Below are positions 18,137 to 27,132 of a stretch of 37,641 nt of DNA, one piece after another. Both the position numbers and the translations under genes were made by a program. The stretch covers positions 1 to 37,641 of the IMG/VR virus record IMGVR_UViG_3300036987_000537. One strand, given 5' to 3'. Every line of letters starts with the position of its first letter. Positions within the stretch are counted from its first letter, which is position 1. Source of the DNA: a virus (taxonomy: Duplodnaviria; Caudoviricetes). Under the pieces are notes generated by a model that saw only the letters and a list, made by a program, of their open reading frames with translations, made no database searches and was not told the origin of the DNA.

Positions 18137-19860
18137 ATGGTCAGTACCCCCCGTTCCTCATAGACCGATGGTCCTGAGTTGCTCGAAATCAGGGCCCGCC
18201 AGGTGGCCATGACCGAGGTGATCACCCCGTCTATCCTGGAAGTGTCATCGCCTTTGCGGCGCTTGACCGGTTTGCGGGTGTCGTTCGGGCCGTTGTAGAT
18301 GTGCGCGGAAAGCACGTAGTAATCCATCAGCGGGTTGCCTCCGTGGTTCATCTGACCAGCCAGTACCAGGCGCTCGAACTCGTTTGTCGGTGCGGTGAAT
18401 TCCTTGGCGCTCTGCGGGAACATGACAACAGGCAACCCGCCCTCTTCCAGATCCAAGGCGATTGGCTGCCCGTCTCCGTAGCGGTCGCATGCCAGTTCAC
18501 GGATGTCGAATACCTCGAGGTCTTCCTGGATCTGCCTGAACACCTCGTCCCGGATGATCGTCGGGCCCGGGTGCTCCATCCAGCCATCGGCCAGCCAGCG
18601 CGTATAGTCGGCGTTGTCGTTTATGGCTTTTTCGTTCAGGTCATCCGCAGGGACCCAGATGCGGTGGATGTAATCCCAGGTTCCGCCAGGGGTGGCCGGC
18701 TCGAAAGCATAGGTCACGACGGTATGGTCCCGGCTCATCGAGCAGTCCAAAGCTGCCCAGCACGGTCGTCCTTTCAGCGCTTTCTCGTTGATCTTCCTGC
18801 TGTTGCATTTCCGCCAGGTGTTCCAGTCCAGCCAAGTGGACAGCGCCTGCGTCCAGACATTCAGCTCCTTGGTCAGGACCTGCAGCTTGGAGCCGGGCTT
18901 GTGCTCGGCCTCTTTGACCAGGGTGGATATCTGCTCCTCGAACTTCCCGACGCCGAGGTTCGGATTCGCCTTGATCCAGACCTTCGGGTCGCGGTAATCG
19001 TCACCTTCATCCAGGGTATAGATCAGCCCGAAGTACGCATCGTCGCGGACGTTGCCTTCGAGCACGCGCTTGAGGTATTGCTCCTCTTCGTAGGCCGGAG
19101 ACTGCACATCGAAGCCTGCAGTGGTGATGATGAACAGCAGGGGCTGGCTGCGGGATCCCATCGCCGTCCTGATGACGCCGACCATCTTGTCATCCGGGTG
19201 CTCATGGTATTCGTCGATGATGCCGACATGGACGTTGTGTCCGTCTTCGGTCTTCGAGTCCTGCCCGAGGGGGATGAAGTCAGCGGCCGTACCTACGACC
19301 TGGATTTTGGTAGTGTTCAGACTCTTGGAAATATTGATTCCGAACTGGCTCATCAGTTCCGGATTCTGCTCGACCGTAAGAGCGGCGATATCCCAGACAA
19401 TCCGCGCCTGTGCTCGCTTTGTTGCGGCACATACAACACGCGGCCCGCCTTCTCCGTCGAGCAGCAAGCCCTTGATCCCGATGCCGACAGCAATAGCGCT
19501 CTTGCCGTTCTTGCGGGCAACACTGATATAGACCTTGCGGAACCTCCGGAGGTTGTCGGACTTGCGCTTCCAGCCGTAGATATTCGCGATGATGAATTGT
19601 TCCCATGGTTCCAGGAACAATGGCGTCCCTGTCAGGTCACCCTGGTAGTGACGCAGGAACAACGGGAAGAAATCCACGGCAAGCTGGGCTTCGTGTTCGT
19701 CGAAGTAAAACAGGAATCCTTCATCAGCCTGTGACTCCAGGTCTTCCAGGAACCGCTTGGCTGCCTGCTTCATCCAGTGGCAGGCAACCTGCTCGCCGCT
19801 CTGGATCCGGTCTGCGTATTCCATCCAGCGATAATCGCCGACGCTGCATACCGGATTCAT
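18133..19860 (-). CDS. terL: Terminase large subunit
   Basis: LEPWEQF, Walker A VARKNGKS, Walker B IIDEYH, ITTAG, KANPNLG, RIDG. Confidence 0.97.
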   Translation of the reverse strand: MNPVCSVGDYRWMEYADRIQSGEQVACHWMKQAAKRFLEDLESQADEGFLFYFDEHEAQLAVDFFPLFLRHYQGDLTGTPLFLEPWEQFIIANIYGWKRKSDNLRRFRKVYISVARKNGKSAIAVGIGIKGLLLDGEGGPRVVCAATKRAQARIVWDIAALTVEQNPELMSQFGINISKSLNTTKIQVVGTAADFIPLGQDSKTEDGHNVHVGIIDEYHEHPDDKMVGVIRTAMGSRSQPLLFIITTAGFDVQSPAYEEEQYLKRVLEGNVRDDAYFGLIYTLDEGDDYRDPKVWIKANPNLGVGKFEEQISTLVKEAEHKPGSKLQVLTKELNVWTQALSTWLDWNTWRKCNSRKINEKALKGRPCWAALDCSMSRDHTVVTYAFEPATPGGTWDYIHRIWVPADDLNEKAINDNADYTRWLADGWMEHPGPTIIRDEVFRQIQEDLEVFDIRELACDRYGDGQPIALDLEEGGLPVVMFPQSAKEFTAPTNEFERLVLAGQMNHGGNPLMDYYVLSAHIYNGPNDTRKPVKRRKGDDTSRIDGVITSVMATWRALISSNSGPSVYEERGVLTI

Positions 19861-20291
19861 GACACCCTCTGCTTTCGCATGCGCTCGTTGGCGGCGCGGA
19901 TGTACGCCATCATCGGGGACTCTTCGGTTTTCTTCTGGCTTGTCCCCGCCTTCTTCTGCGCATACGGCGAGGTGCCGAACTTGTCAGCCAGGATGCTTGC
20001 GTGTTTCAGCGAGTCCCGGAGCAGGGTCAGCTCCTGGGCGGTTTGGCTGTTCCGGCCTTCAAGGTATTCTTCGAGGGTGCGCTTGACCCGCTTGCCTGTT
20101 TCAGGATCGAGCGGCCTATAGATGGCGTTGGAGGCATCCTCGGCCAGGCCGAGTTCAACCGCCAGGATGGCAACTGTCGGGGCATAGATATCCTCGGCCA
20201 TGCCGTTTGACTCAAGCAGAGCCCATAAGCCACGCCAGGCACGGTTGGCCGCCGTGCTGCGTTTGACGATGGCGGGAGCCTTGGGAGTCAT
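19857..20291 (-). CDS. terS: Terminase small subunit (P27-like)
   Basis: Between HNH and terL; N-terminal P..P, a conserved W and a FGTSP motif. Confidence 0.75.
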   Translation of the reverse strand: MTPKAPAIVKRSTAANRAWRGLWALLESNGMAEDIYAPTVAILAVELGLAEDASNAIYRPLDPETGKRVKRTLEEYLEGRNSQTAQELTLLRDSLKHASILADKFGTSPYAQKKAGTSQKKTEESPMMAYIRAANERMRKQRVS

Positions 20292-20728
20292 GGCTGACCC
20301 CTTACTTGGTTTTCATCGGTGTGTGCAGAAGGGACCCCCATGCGGGTTATCCTGGGGGCTCCTGAACTTTTGACCCGCCCTCCCCTGGCAGCAGTTCCAC
20401 GCGGTTCAACCAGGTTGTGGCAGCTTCCACAGAGTGATATTAGATTAGCAGAGTCATGAGTCCCGCCGCGCTTGACCGGAACCAGGTGATGCACGTCGGT
20501 GGCTGGCCTGCCGCAGTACCTGCAGGAAGGATACGCGGCCAGCTGCCTGGCACGCGCCTGCTTCCACTCGGCACCGTATCCAGCACGCGCATAGATCGAC
20601 GGCCTGGAGTCATCGCCTCTGACGAACGGGATGTATAGGTGTACATGATCGGTGCAGTAGCCAGTCCCATCGCTTGAGTAATTCGGGCATCGGGGATACT
20701 TGCAGGAACGCGCTGGCTTGCTCGGCAC
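20288..20728 (-). CDS. HNH endonuclease (packaging-associated)
   Basis: CxxC...DVHH...GGTHDSANLISLCGSCHN; likely GTG start at 20728 (PSKPARSCKYPRCP). Confidence 0.92.
   Translation of the reverse strand: MPSKPARSCKYPRCPNYSSDGTGYCTDHVHLYIPFVRGDDSRPSIYARAGYGAEWKQARARQLAAYPSCRYCGRPATDVHHLVPVKRGGTHDSANLISLCGSCHNLVEPRGTAARGGRVKSSGAPRITRMGVPSAHTDENQVRGQP
20320..20390 (-). other. Candidate cos region
   Basis: GGGGAGGGCGGGTCAAAAGTT followed by the inverted repeat CCCCCA-N12-TGGGGG just upstream of terS, where HNH/P27-type cos phages usually place cos. The cut site is not determinable. Confidence 0.4.
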
Positions 20729-20753
20729 CGGACTCTCCAAGATGCCCGGCGAC

Positions 20754-20831
20754 AAAACAAAAAAGCCGCCGAGCGAATGGTAACGTCACGCGATGTTTCG
20801 CGCTTCGTCGCCGTAGCATGCTCAGCGGCTT
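20754..20831 (-). terminator. Long-stem intrinsic terminator in the late leader
   Basis: AAGCCGCTGAGC...GCTCGGCGGCTT stem enclosing further pairing, followed by TTTTGTTTT. Confidence 0.75.
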
Positions 20832-20884
20832 CAATGCTTCAGGGTTCTTGGGGAGGATCCCTGAAACAATTCACTCACTTGGTT

Positions 20885-20915
20885 ATAGTAAACAATACTG
20901 CTATACATTTGTCAA
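20885..20915 (-). promoter_or_regulatory. Putative late promoter
   Basis: TTGACA (20915-20910), then TTTACT at 17 bp or TACTAT at 19 bp, in an AT-rich patch upstream of the HNH-terminase operon. Confidence 0.6.
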
Positions 20916-21121
20916 GAGATATTTATATCTCTACCATTTATTACATTGTATTCAGTGAGCGCATCGACAATCCTCTTGGCTATTGATTCGGTATCAACAC
21001 CATAATAGCCATGAACCGTGCAGATCTTCCCTGTTCCCCTGCCCGCTCCTACAGGGCGGATCTCGTAATCAGGCGGCCTGTCGGTGCCAATCTTCTTCTT
21101 GGGGATTGCTTCGTATCTCAT
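20912..21121 (-). CDS. Hypothetical protein, 69 aa
   Basis: GGAGG RBS, ATGA-coupled; last gene of the early operon. Confidence 0.65.
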   Translation of the reverse strand: MRYEAIPKKKIGTDRPPDYEIRPVGAGRGTGKICTVHGYYGVDTESIAKRIVDALTEYNVINGRDINIS

Positions 21122-21291
21122 GATTCAGCTTCCTCCAGTCTCTTCACTATCCGGTGTATATGCCCGACCAGAGCGACACTCTCTGCAACCTGGGCTTCCA
21201 GTTCGTCCGCTAGTCTTCTTTGGTCTTCCGGGCTCAGTGCACCTTGCCGTGCCATGGCTATCAGCCTGGAACGCTCAGCCTGCAGTATCAT
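21118..21291 (-). CDS. Hypothetical protein, 57 aa (MILQAERSRL...; not in the ORF track)
   Basis: ATGA overlaps at both ends fill the gap exactly. Confidence 0.7.
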   Translation of the reverse strand: MILQAERSRLIAMARQGALSPEDQRRLADELEAQVAESVALVGHIHRIVKRLEEAES

Positions 21292-21668
21292 AGGTGCCTT
21301 ACCACTTTCTGGCTGACAAACTGGTCAAACAGAGCCATGGCCTGCGCCACGGTGGCTCTGTCCTCATCCGACAAAACTTCGTTGCTTTCATGTGCCCCGG
21401 ACGAACTCCATGATTCCTGTTTGTACGGCCTACGCAGCTTGGTTCCACGCTCTTCTGCCCTCTTAACTGCCAACTCCAGGTCGGCTACATCCGGAGCTCC
21501 ATACCTAATCGAATGGGACCGCCTGAGCGCCAGGAAAGCTGCCTCGTACATCCTGGGATGCACCTCATCCCTGAGATACTCGGCTATGGCCGTGGCCACA
21601 TGGGACAGGTGTTCATCCCAGGGGCCAAAGTAGGCCACACACGCGCCTATGAATGCCTGTATTGTCAT
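21288..21668 (-). CDS. Replication accessory protein (possible helicase loader/inhibitor)
   Basis: Coupled downstream of the initiator; helical with a PDVADL motif. Function inferred from position. Confidence 0.45.
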   Translation of the reverse strand: MTIQAFIGACVAYFGPWDEHLSHVATAIAEYLRDEVHPRMYEAAFLALRRSHSIRYGAPDVADLELAVKRAEERGTKLRRPYKQESWSSSGAHESNEVLSDEDRATVAQAMALFDQFVSQKVVRHL

Positions 21669-22609
21669 CCTGTCTGCTCCTGTGGATCGGCAAAGCCAGC
21701 TTCCCGGAGCTTGACCAGCCAGGCAGCCTCACCAGACGCCCCGGACTGCCCCGGGTCCCCGGAAACGGCATCACCAGCAAGGGTGGCGAAATTGGCACAG
21801 AACGCCGGGAAGCTGTAGTCCGGCTTCTTGTGGCTGTCCGGCCCTGCCCTGGTGGGCTTTGATACGGCAAACCAGTACCGCTTCCAGTGCTCGAAGTACC
21901 AGTCAACGGCCTTGAGGGCTACGGGGAGGTTCCCGTCTATGCAGGCTAGCAGATCCCGGGCCCGCAGGCGGTCCTTCTCGCTGGGACCTACCAGGATCCC
22001 CCTGGCATGTGCAAAGCGCCGGTACCAGGCATTGGCAAGTTCGAAATGGTCAGGGAGCGGAGCTGGTGGCTGGGGAGTCTTGGCCTTCGGTGGTTCATCC
22101 GAACTGCCGGCAGATATTTCACGGCTTTGCGCATATATATCTCCCTCTCCTTCTTTTTCTCCTTCTCCTTCTATATCTGACCGCTCCATTTCCGTTTCAT
22201 TTGCGTTACATGCCGTTTCACTAGCGTTCCCGGTGGTTGCATCCGGCTGGCCAGGGGATTCGGGAGGAAGCGGCACAGGCTGACGCTGCCGATCCCGGAA
22301 CCGCCGGACACGGTCAGTGGACTCACCGGTCTGATATTCGTCCCAATTGACCACGACCAGGCGGCCGTCCTCATCCTGGGCCACCATGCCACGGGCAATG
22401 AAGACCTTCCGGATCTCCTGGTACCGCTTGTCCTCCATGAAGCACAGGTCGGCGAATACATCCTCATCCAGGTGGAGAACGCCGTCCTCGCACTTGGTAA
22501 GCAACGCTACCCAGAAGGTTGAGCATTCATGGCCATAGCGGCGGATCAGGAATGAAAGCTTCTCATCACTGAGCGTATTGCGCCACAGCTTGATCCAGGG
22601 ATTCTTCAT
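21665..22609 (-). CDS. Phage replication initiator / replisome organiser
   Basis: PWIKLW N-terminus, NWDEYQ..ESTDRVRRFR and a low-complexity linker with EGEGEKEGEG. Confidence 0.8.
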   Translation of the reverse strand: MKNPWIKLWRNTLSDEKLSFLIRRYGHECSTFWVALLTKCEDGVLHLDEDVFADLCFMEDKRYQEIRKVFIARGMVAQDEDGRLVVVNWDEYQTGESTDRVRRFRDRQRQPVPLPPESPGQPDATTGNASETACNANETEMERSDIEGEGEKEGEGDIYAQSREISAGSSDEPPKAKTPQPPAPLPDHFELANAWYRRFAHARGILVGPSEKDRLRARDLLACIDGNLPVALKAVDWYFEHWKRYWFAVSKPTRAGPDSHKKPDYSFPAFCANFATLAGDAVSGDPGQSGASGEAAWLVKLREAGFADPQEQTG

Positions 22610-22767
22610 CGCCCTGCCCCCTGTGTAACATACGAAGATTCTTTCTTACGCCGTCCTCCTTGGCTTCTGGTAGGCGGCAGTTTATTCATACCGCCGTTGG
22701 CGGTAATACGTAGGAAATCCGGGCAGTCGTGCCCTGAACGCCAGGGCGCTTTGACAACAGCTTTCAT
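22606..22767 (-). CDS. Small basic hypothetical protein
   Basis: ATGA-coupled on both sides (start MKAVVK). Confidence 0.5.
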   Translation of the reverse strand: MKAVVKAPWRSGHDCPDFLRITANGGMNKLPPTRSQGGRRKKESSYVTQGAGR

Positions 22768-23075
22768 GGTCTCTGTATTCCCTTCGGCAATGGAGCCCAC
22801 CAATCAGGCTCCCGTTCAACTGGCCAGGCAGGGAGGCCTTCTCCCCACCATTCAAATGTGCCGGCAAAGTCTGTGCGGATTACAGCCCTCATGATTACTG
22901 AATTACCGGCCTTCCAGGCTGCTGCCACCGGGTGCCCTATTGGAAGCTCCCCGGAACGCCAGGACAGCTGGACAATCTCTATCCTTGGCTCCTGCCATGC
23001 GGCTACAGGCTCCGGGACCTGAGAGCGCTGGCAGGATGCCAGGAGCAGTACAAGGATCAAGGGCAGCTTAGACAT
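22764..23075 (-). CDS. Putative lipoprotein
   Basis: MSKLPLILVLLLAS-C lipobox. Confidence 0.7.
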   Translation of the reverse strand: MSKLPLILVLLLASCQRSQVPEPVAAWQEPRIEIVQLSWRSGELPIGHPVAAAWKAGNSVIMRAVIRTDFAGTFEWWGEGLPAWPVEREPDWWAPLPKGIQRP

Positions 23076-23193
23076 CAAGACCAGCCTTTCTCTCCTGTTC
23101 GGAGATTCGCCCCGACAACTGGCAGCAGCACAGGGCCACTACCACCGAAACAATAGCCAGTCCGATACCCAGGGCTATGAGTGCAGTGCGCAT
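23068..23193 (-). CDS. Small membrane peptide, 41 aa
   Basis: GGAGG RBS; MRTALIALGIGLAIVSVVVALCCC TM segment. Confidence 0.6.
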   Translation of the reverse strand: MRTALIALGIGLAIVSVVVALCCCQLSGRISEQERKAGLDV

Positions 23194-23321
23194 CGAGTCC
23201 TCCACCAAGTCCTGAGTTCGATAAAGGCAGGGCCAAGCCCAATGATGGACAGTACGACAAACATGCAGACGAAGGGCCCACCTACGATCACAATCCGTAC
23301 CCCCAGCATGATCCGGTCCAT
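23175..23321 (-). CDS. Small membrane peptide, 48 aa (MDRIMLGVRIVIV...; not in the ORF track)
   Basis: TGATG coupling to the upstream gene; long hydrophobic stretch. Confidence 0.55.
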   Translation of the reverse strand: MDRIMLGVRIVIVGGPFVCMFVVLSIIGLGPAFIELRTWWRTRCALHS

Positions 23322-23614
23322 CAGACTCGCCCTCCATGGTAGGTGCCCAGGCGATGAGTGCAGTATCCGCCAGTCAGCAGCGGCCGCCCACGTCGGCGTA
23401 TTATCCTGGCAGCGTCCACCAGGGCCTCCGGGCGCTCAACATGGTGCAGGGCCCCGGACAGTGGCCGGATAGGCTGGCCCATGAGCATGGCCTGTTTCCC
23501 TTGCTCTGCCTGGTCCAGGAGCCCTGTCAGGACTGAGTAGGACAGGTCCAGGGCATCCATGCACTCAGTCATGGACTCGTATACTGTGCATCCGTGCTGG
23601 ATCCGCTTTTTCAT
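23321..23614 (-). CDS. Small putative DNA-binding protein (NUMOD1/HTH-like)
   Basis: AGGAGG RBS before MKKRI; VYESMTECMDALDLSYSVL pattern. Confidence 0.5.
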   Translation of the reverse strand: MKKRIQHGCTVYESMTECMDALDLSYSVLTGLLDQAEQGKQAMLMGQPIRPLSGALHHVERPEALVDAARIIRRRGRPLLTGGYCTHRLGTYHGGRV

Positions 23615-23741
23615 ATTTCCTCCTGATGGAAGCGGCTGGCCGTGATCCAGCTGGGCGTCGAGCAACGGGGCCCCGGCATCCGCCTCGTTTCCGTATACCG
23701 GTCTTTTATCCTGGTCCAACCGGTATCCAGTTCTCATACCG

Positions 23742-24491
23742 CTATGCGATGACTGCAGGCCCTTCTGGGAGCGATCCTTTCAGGAAGTCCCGGATGGCGT
23801 TCGTTGCCTGGTTACGCCAGCGCCCGCCGTCAGCCTCGAACAAGGCACAGCCGACCACGTTCTCCTCAGTGTCGATGAGCTTCATGCGGAACAGGAATTC
23901 TGACTCGATCTGGTCAATGTCACGGAAGGTGCGGTATGGGCGAAGCTTTACGATTGCCGGTGCGGTCTCTTTTTTCGTCAATGCCCCGGACGCTGATGTC
24001 TGTACAGAAGCAGTCTGCGATACACCATCATCTTCAAGGCTGAAAGCCTTACCGCCCCGGACCTTGGAGACATAGGTGATCATCTTTTCGAGATCCGGGG
24101 TCGGCTCAAACATGGACCGCAGGGCAATGACAAAGCCTTCCACCGGCATGTACTTTTCGAACGGATAGACCTTGAGGCCATCGTCAACCATGGCGGTAAT
24201 GAAGTACGCACGTTCCCGCTTATCGCCTATCAGTTCAGAAGCAAGCGTGACCTTGTCGAATGACTCGACCAGGATCACGCACTTCTCCAGCTGCAGGCCG
24301 TCCCGGTTTGCCTTGATGTAGTCAACCAGACCTGTAAGGGTCACAACCTTCAGGGCGGCCGGCTTGGGCTCGAACAAGACCGGTTTCAGATCCCGGGTTG
24401 AGTAATGCCTCTGATCGATGAGGACATCGATCCCGTCGGCGGCTCTGACCAAGCTTTCGATCTTTTCGATCGTGTCTTTCCCAAATTCCAT
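23742..24491 (-). CDS. Phage early protein of unknown function
   Basis: Strong RBS; TLTGLVDYIK, DDGVSQ, LRPYRTF and LFEADGG.W motifs; paired with the upstream gene. Confidence 0.75.
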   Translation of the reverse strand: MEFGKDTIEKIESLVRAADGIDVLIDQRHYSTRDLKPVLFEPKPAALKVVTLTGLVDYIKANRDGLQLEKCVILVESFDKVTLASELIGDKRERAYFITAMVDDGLKVYPFEKYMPVEGFVIALRSMFEPTPDLEKMITYVSKVRGGKAFSLEDDGVSQTASVQTSASGALTKKETAPAIVKLRPYRTFRDIDQIESEFLFRMKLIDTEENVVGCALFEADGGRWRNQATNAIRDFLKGSLPEGPAVIA

Positions 24492-24494
24492 TGA

Positions 24495-24851
24495 TTACCT
24501 CCCTGCGGTCCCAGCCGCAAATGGTGTGACATTCCCGGGCTCTTCAAGGCCTAGGACCTGCTGTTTGGGGTCGGCTGTGTATGCCTGCACCCTCTGTCCG
24601 TCCCCGGATAGCACGATGAAGTGCTCGTGCGGGTTGAGCGGGGCCAGCCGTTCAACGATGGAAACGGTTGTCTCTGCACTGCTGCGCTGGTCGTTCGGCT
24701 TCACCTTCACCGTGATTGCTATCGACCGGACCGCAGTAGCCTTTGTGTTCTCGTCTCCGATGTTGTCCAGTAGGCGTTGCCAGGACGCCTCGAACAGTTC
24801 CCGGGCTGCCCCCATGTTGAGGGTGTCCAGGGTCACTTCCTGGTAGTCCAT
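24495..24851 (-). CDS. Phage early protein of unknown function
   Basis: GAARELF...LDNI.DENT.A...RSI.I...KP pattern; GGAG RBS. Confidence 0.75.
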   Translation of the reverse strand: MDYQEVTLDTLNMGAARELFEASWQRLLDNIGDENTKATAVRSIAITVKVKPNDQRSSAETTVSIVERLAPLNPHEHFIVLSGDGQRVQAYTADPKQQVLGLEEPGNVTPFAAGTAGR

Positions 24852-24871
24852 CCGTTCTCCTTCCCGGGGCC

Positions 24872-25402
24872 TCAGCCCCGCAAGTGCACTTCCCGGAAAT
24901 TGATGTCCGGGTACCGCCAGAGCAGCATGGCCTTCTTTACCCTGTAGGCCTCTGTCCTGGCTCCTTTCACGTCCTCACAGATCACCTGACCCGTACTGAC
25001 ATCCAGATACCGGAAGTCGCCGCGATACTTGACGCCCCGGTGCTTTGTTCCATCCCGGGATACAAACGGAGCGATGAGTACATATACCGGCTGGCGCTCA
25101 AGGTCCTTGATTGCCCCGGACATCTCCATGAGCTTCAGTTCCTGCCAGCGTCGGGCTTCGGCTTTGCTGTCAAAGCGGATCCCGTCAACCGTGCGATCCG
25201 GGACTGCCGCAACGCCGTACTTGTTCTGGACCTGCTTGAGGTCCTCGATGATCAGCAGGGCCTGTGTGGCGGTCAGGGCCACCGGCAAGCCTGATTGGAC
25301 CAGCCACGGCCAACGGCGCTTGATTGCCTTTCTTACAGCCGCCTCGGTCCTGCCGGTGATGGTTCTCAGTTCTGGCATGCCTTTTGTCCTTGTCCTTTTC
25401 AT
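24872..25402 (-). CDS. DUF1064-like PD-(D/E)xK nuclease
   Basis: NKYG...VDGIRFDSKAEA...LERQP...Y.GDF.Y...EDVKG. Confidence 0.85.
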   Translation of the reverse strand: MKRTRTKGMPELRTITGRTEAAVRKAIKRRWPWLVQSGLPVALTATQALLIIEDLKQVQNKYGVAAVPDRTVDGIRFDSKAEARRWQELKLMEMSGAIKDLERQPVYVLIAPFVSRDGTKHRGVKYRGDFRYLDVSTGQVICEDVKGARTEAYRVKKAMLLWRYPDINFREVHLRG

Positions 25403-26232
25403 GCGCCCACCTCGAACAGGTCCGCTTGCACGTACTCCCGGGCAGGCGGCAGCTCCAGTACATCCATGCGGCACGGTTCTGCCCCGGACGGGCTGGATTG
25501 CTCAGTCGGGCTGGTCAGATCCAGCAGGGACCGCATGCTGTCGAGCATCCGCTGGCTGGCAAGGCGGCTCCCTACCTGGTTGAGCACATAGGCTGGGGTC
25601 GGCCATGCCCAGTTGCGGGTCATCCGCAGGGTGTCACCACAGGCCACCACGGCGGCCGCGCCGGCCAGGGACAACTGGATGTACGCCATCCTGGAGCAGG
25701 TGGGGTCTATGTCCTGGGCTTCGAAGTAGACATCCGAGGCGATGTTCAGCCCTGCTTCGGAGAACACCTGGCAGGCAGCCAGGCACATCCCGCCAGCCCC
25801 GCAGGCCGGTTCGGACACGGTCAGGATCCGGCCCGGGATTTCCTGGAAGCCCTGCAGTGACATCCGGGCTATCAGCACCGAGAGGTTCCAGGGTGTGAAG
25901 AACTGCCCATGGTTACCGTTGGCAAAGGAGGACCCTTCGAATATCTCGCCCAGGAAGTCCCGAGGATCCTCAAGCAGTGTCTCCATGGCAATCGTCAGCA
26001 GTTCGCGCATGCCTGCCAGCTTGTCCGGGGCATACCGGCCAGCCACGTCCATATACTGGCGTTCCACATCCGGGTCATTGAATATCCGGTTGTAGATTGC
26101 GCAGGAGGCCAGGACGGTCCAGTCTGTGAAGATGTCCCAGGGGCGGCTACCGTAGGACAGGCCTTCCATGATCTTGATGAAGTCCCGGGCGGCCGTGGAG
26201 CGCACGTTCCGGGATGCATGTTTTGAGGCCAT
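25399..26232 (-). CDS. N6-adenine methyltransferase-like protein (HsdM-like SAM fold, no canonical NPPY/F)
   Basis: GQFFTP, EPACGAGGM, QDID, GDTL; only TPAY where motif IV is expected. Confidence 0.8.
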   Translation of the reverse strand: MASKHASRNVRSTAARDFIKIMEGLSYGSRPWDIFTDWTVLASCAIYNRIFNDPDVERQYMDVAGRYAPDKLAGMRELLTIAMETLLEDPRDFLGEIFEGSSFANGNHGQFFTPWNLSVLIARMSLQGFQEIPGRILTVSEPACGAGGMCLAACQVFSEAGLNIASDVYFEAQDIDPTCSRMAYIQLSLAGAAAVVACGDTLRMTRNWAWPTPAYVLNQVGSRLASQRMLDSMRSLLDLTSPTEQSSPSGAEPCRMDVLELPPAREYVQADLFEVGA

Positions 26233-26783
26233 CAGAATGTGGGCTCCAGCTCGGGCTGGCTGTCATAGGTAACATCGTCATCAATGTCCGGGGCACCGTG
26301 TCCCTGGCCTGGGCCTATCTGTGCATCAATGGCTTCCAGGATCCAGTCTGGTATATAGTCCGAGGCAGTCTGCACCTGGAACGGCTTCCAGTCCTTCCGG
26401 GGGCGCATGATGGTATCCACCACCGTGTAGGGGTCGCCATCTGCCTTGCGGATGGATACCAGGTTGAGCTGACAACCCTTGCCCTTGATGGAATCCAGGT
26501 TGAAGCCGCGCAGCTCCTGATCGGTAAAAGCCACGCCACGCCAGGACTGCAAGTCCTTGAGCAGGTTGGCCTTTTCATCCAGGCTGGCGGTGTATTTCTT
26601 GGAGGCCAGGAACGCCGATCCGTCTTTTTTCCTGGCTTCAAGCTCGAACAGCAACACGACCTTGTGCTGGGTCTTCCCACGGAATCCGCGCTGCAGGCCC
26701 AGGTCGAAGTAGTTGATGCAGATGGCTGGCTCAAGTCCAACTGGCAGGGGCTCGAAGGTCTTCTCAGGACGTGACACGATCAT
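26232..26783 (-). CDS. Phage replication/ssDNA-binding-like protein
   Basis: P.G...AIC...DLG.Q, YTASL.EKANL...L.SWRG..F and an acidic C-terminal tail ending in F. Confidence 0.6.
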   Translation of the reverse strand: MIVSRPEKTFEPLPVGLEPAICINYFDLGLQRGFRGKTQHKVVLLFELEARKKDGSAFLASKKYTASLDEKANLLKDLQSWRGVAFTDQELRGFNLDSIKGKGCQLNLVSIRKADGDPYTVVDTIMRPRKDWKPFQVQTASDYIPDWILEAIDAQIGPGQGHGAPDIDDDVTYDSQPELEPTF

Positions 26784-26965
26784 GCTTTCTGCCTTTCAAC
26801 ACTCTTTTCATTCCATGCGACTTCCGCACCAGGAGCATTCGCAGCCTTGGCTCCGGACTGGCCACATATCTTGCAGTGGTACCAGCACTGGCCACCTTTG
26901 CGGATCAAGAACGGAACATGGCCACAGGTGCAGCGATTGACAGGACTTTTCACGGGATCCTCCAT
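26780..26965 (-). CDS. Lar-like (restriction alleviation) Zn-ribbon protein
   Basis: CxCG..P...CxxCG...A..AWN pattern. Confidence 0.6.
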   Translation of the reverse strand: MEDPVKSPVNRCTCGHVPFLIRKGGQCWYHCKICGQSGAKAANAPGAEVAWNEKSVERQKA

Positions 26966-26987
26966 TTCCGGGAGAGACAGGAAAGAA

Positions 26988-27055
26988 CCGGATGATCCGC
27001 CCTCCCAGTTGGACGCGGGATTGCTACCTCCCCCGCACAACAGCGGAAAATCCGG
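26988..27055 (-). ncRNA. Long hairpin trailer 3' of tRNA-His
   Basis: Nested stems CCGGAT/ATCCGG, TCCGCT/GGCGGA, TTG/CAA and GCGGG/CCCGC. Confidence 0.45.
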
Positions 27056-27057
27056 AC

Positions 27058-27130
27058 GGTGACTGGCGGGACTTGAACCCGCTACCTTCAGGACCACAGC
27101 CTGACGCTCTACCAGGTGAGCTACAGCCAC
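27058..27130 (-). tRNA. tRNA-His(GTG)
   Basis: Cloverleaf: GTGGCTG/CAGTCAC, GCTC/GAGC, TCAGG-CT GTG GT-CCTGA, GCGGG TTCAAGT CCCGC, C73. No encoded CCA; the -1 base is T. Confidence 0.92.
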
Positions 27131-27132
27131 AT

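Noticed and set aside
15287-19734. Long plus-strand ORFs (e.g. 15287..16219, 18301..19734)
   Set aside because: Antisense shadows of GC-rich capsid and terminase genes, with no recognisable motifs.
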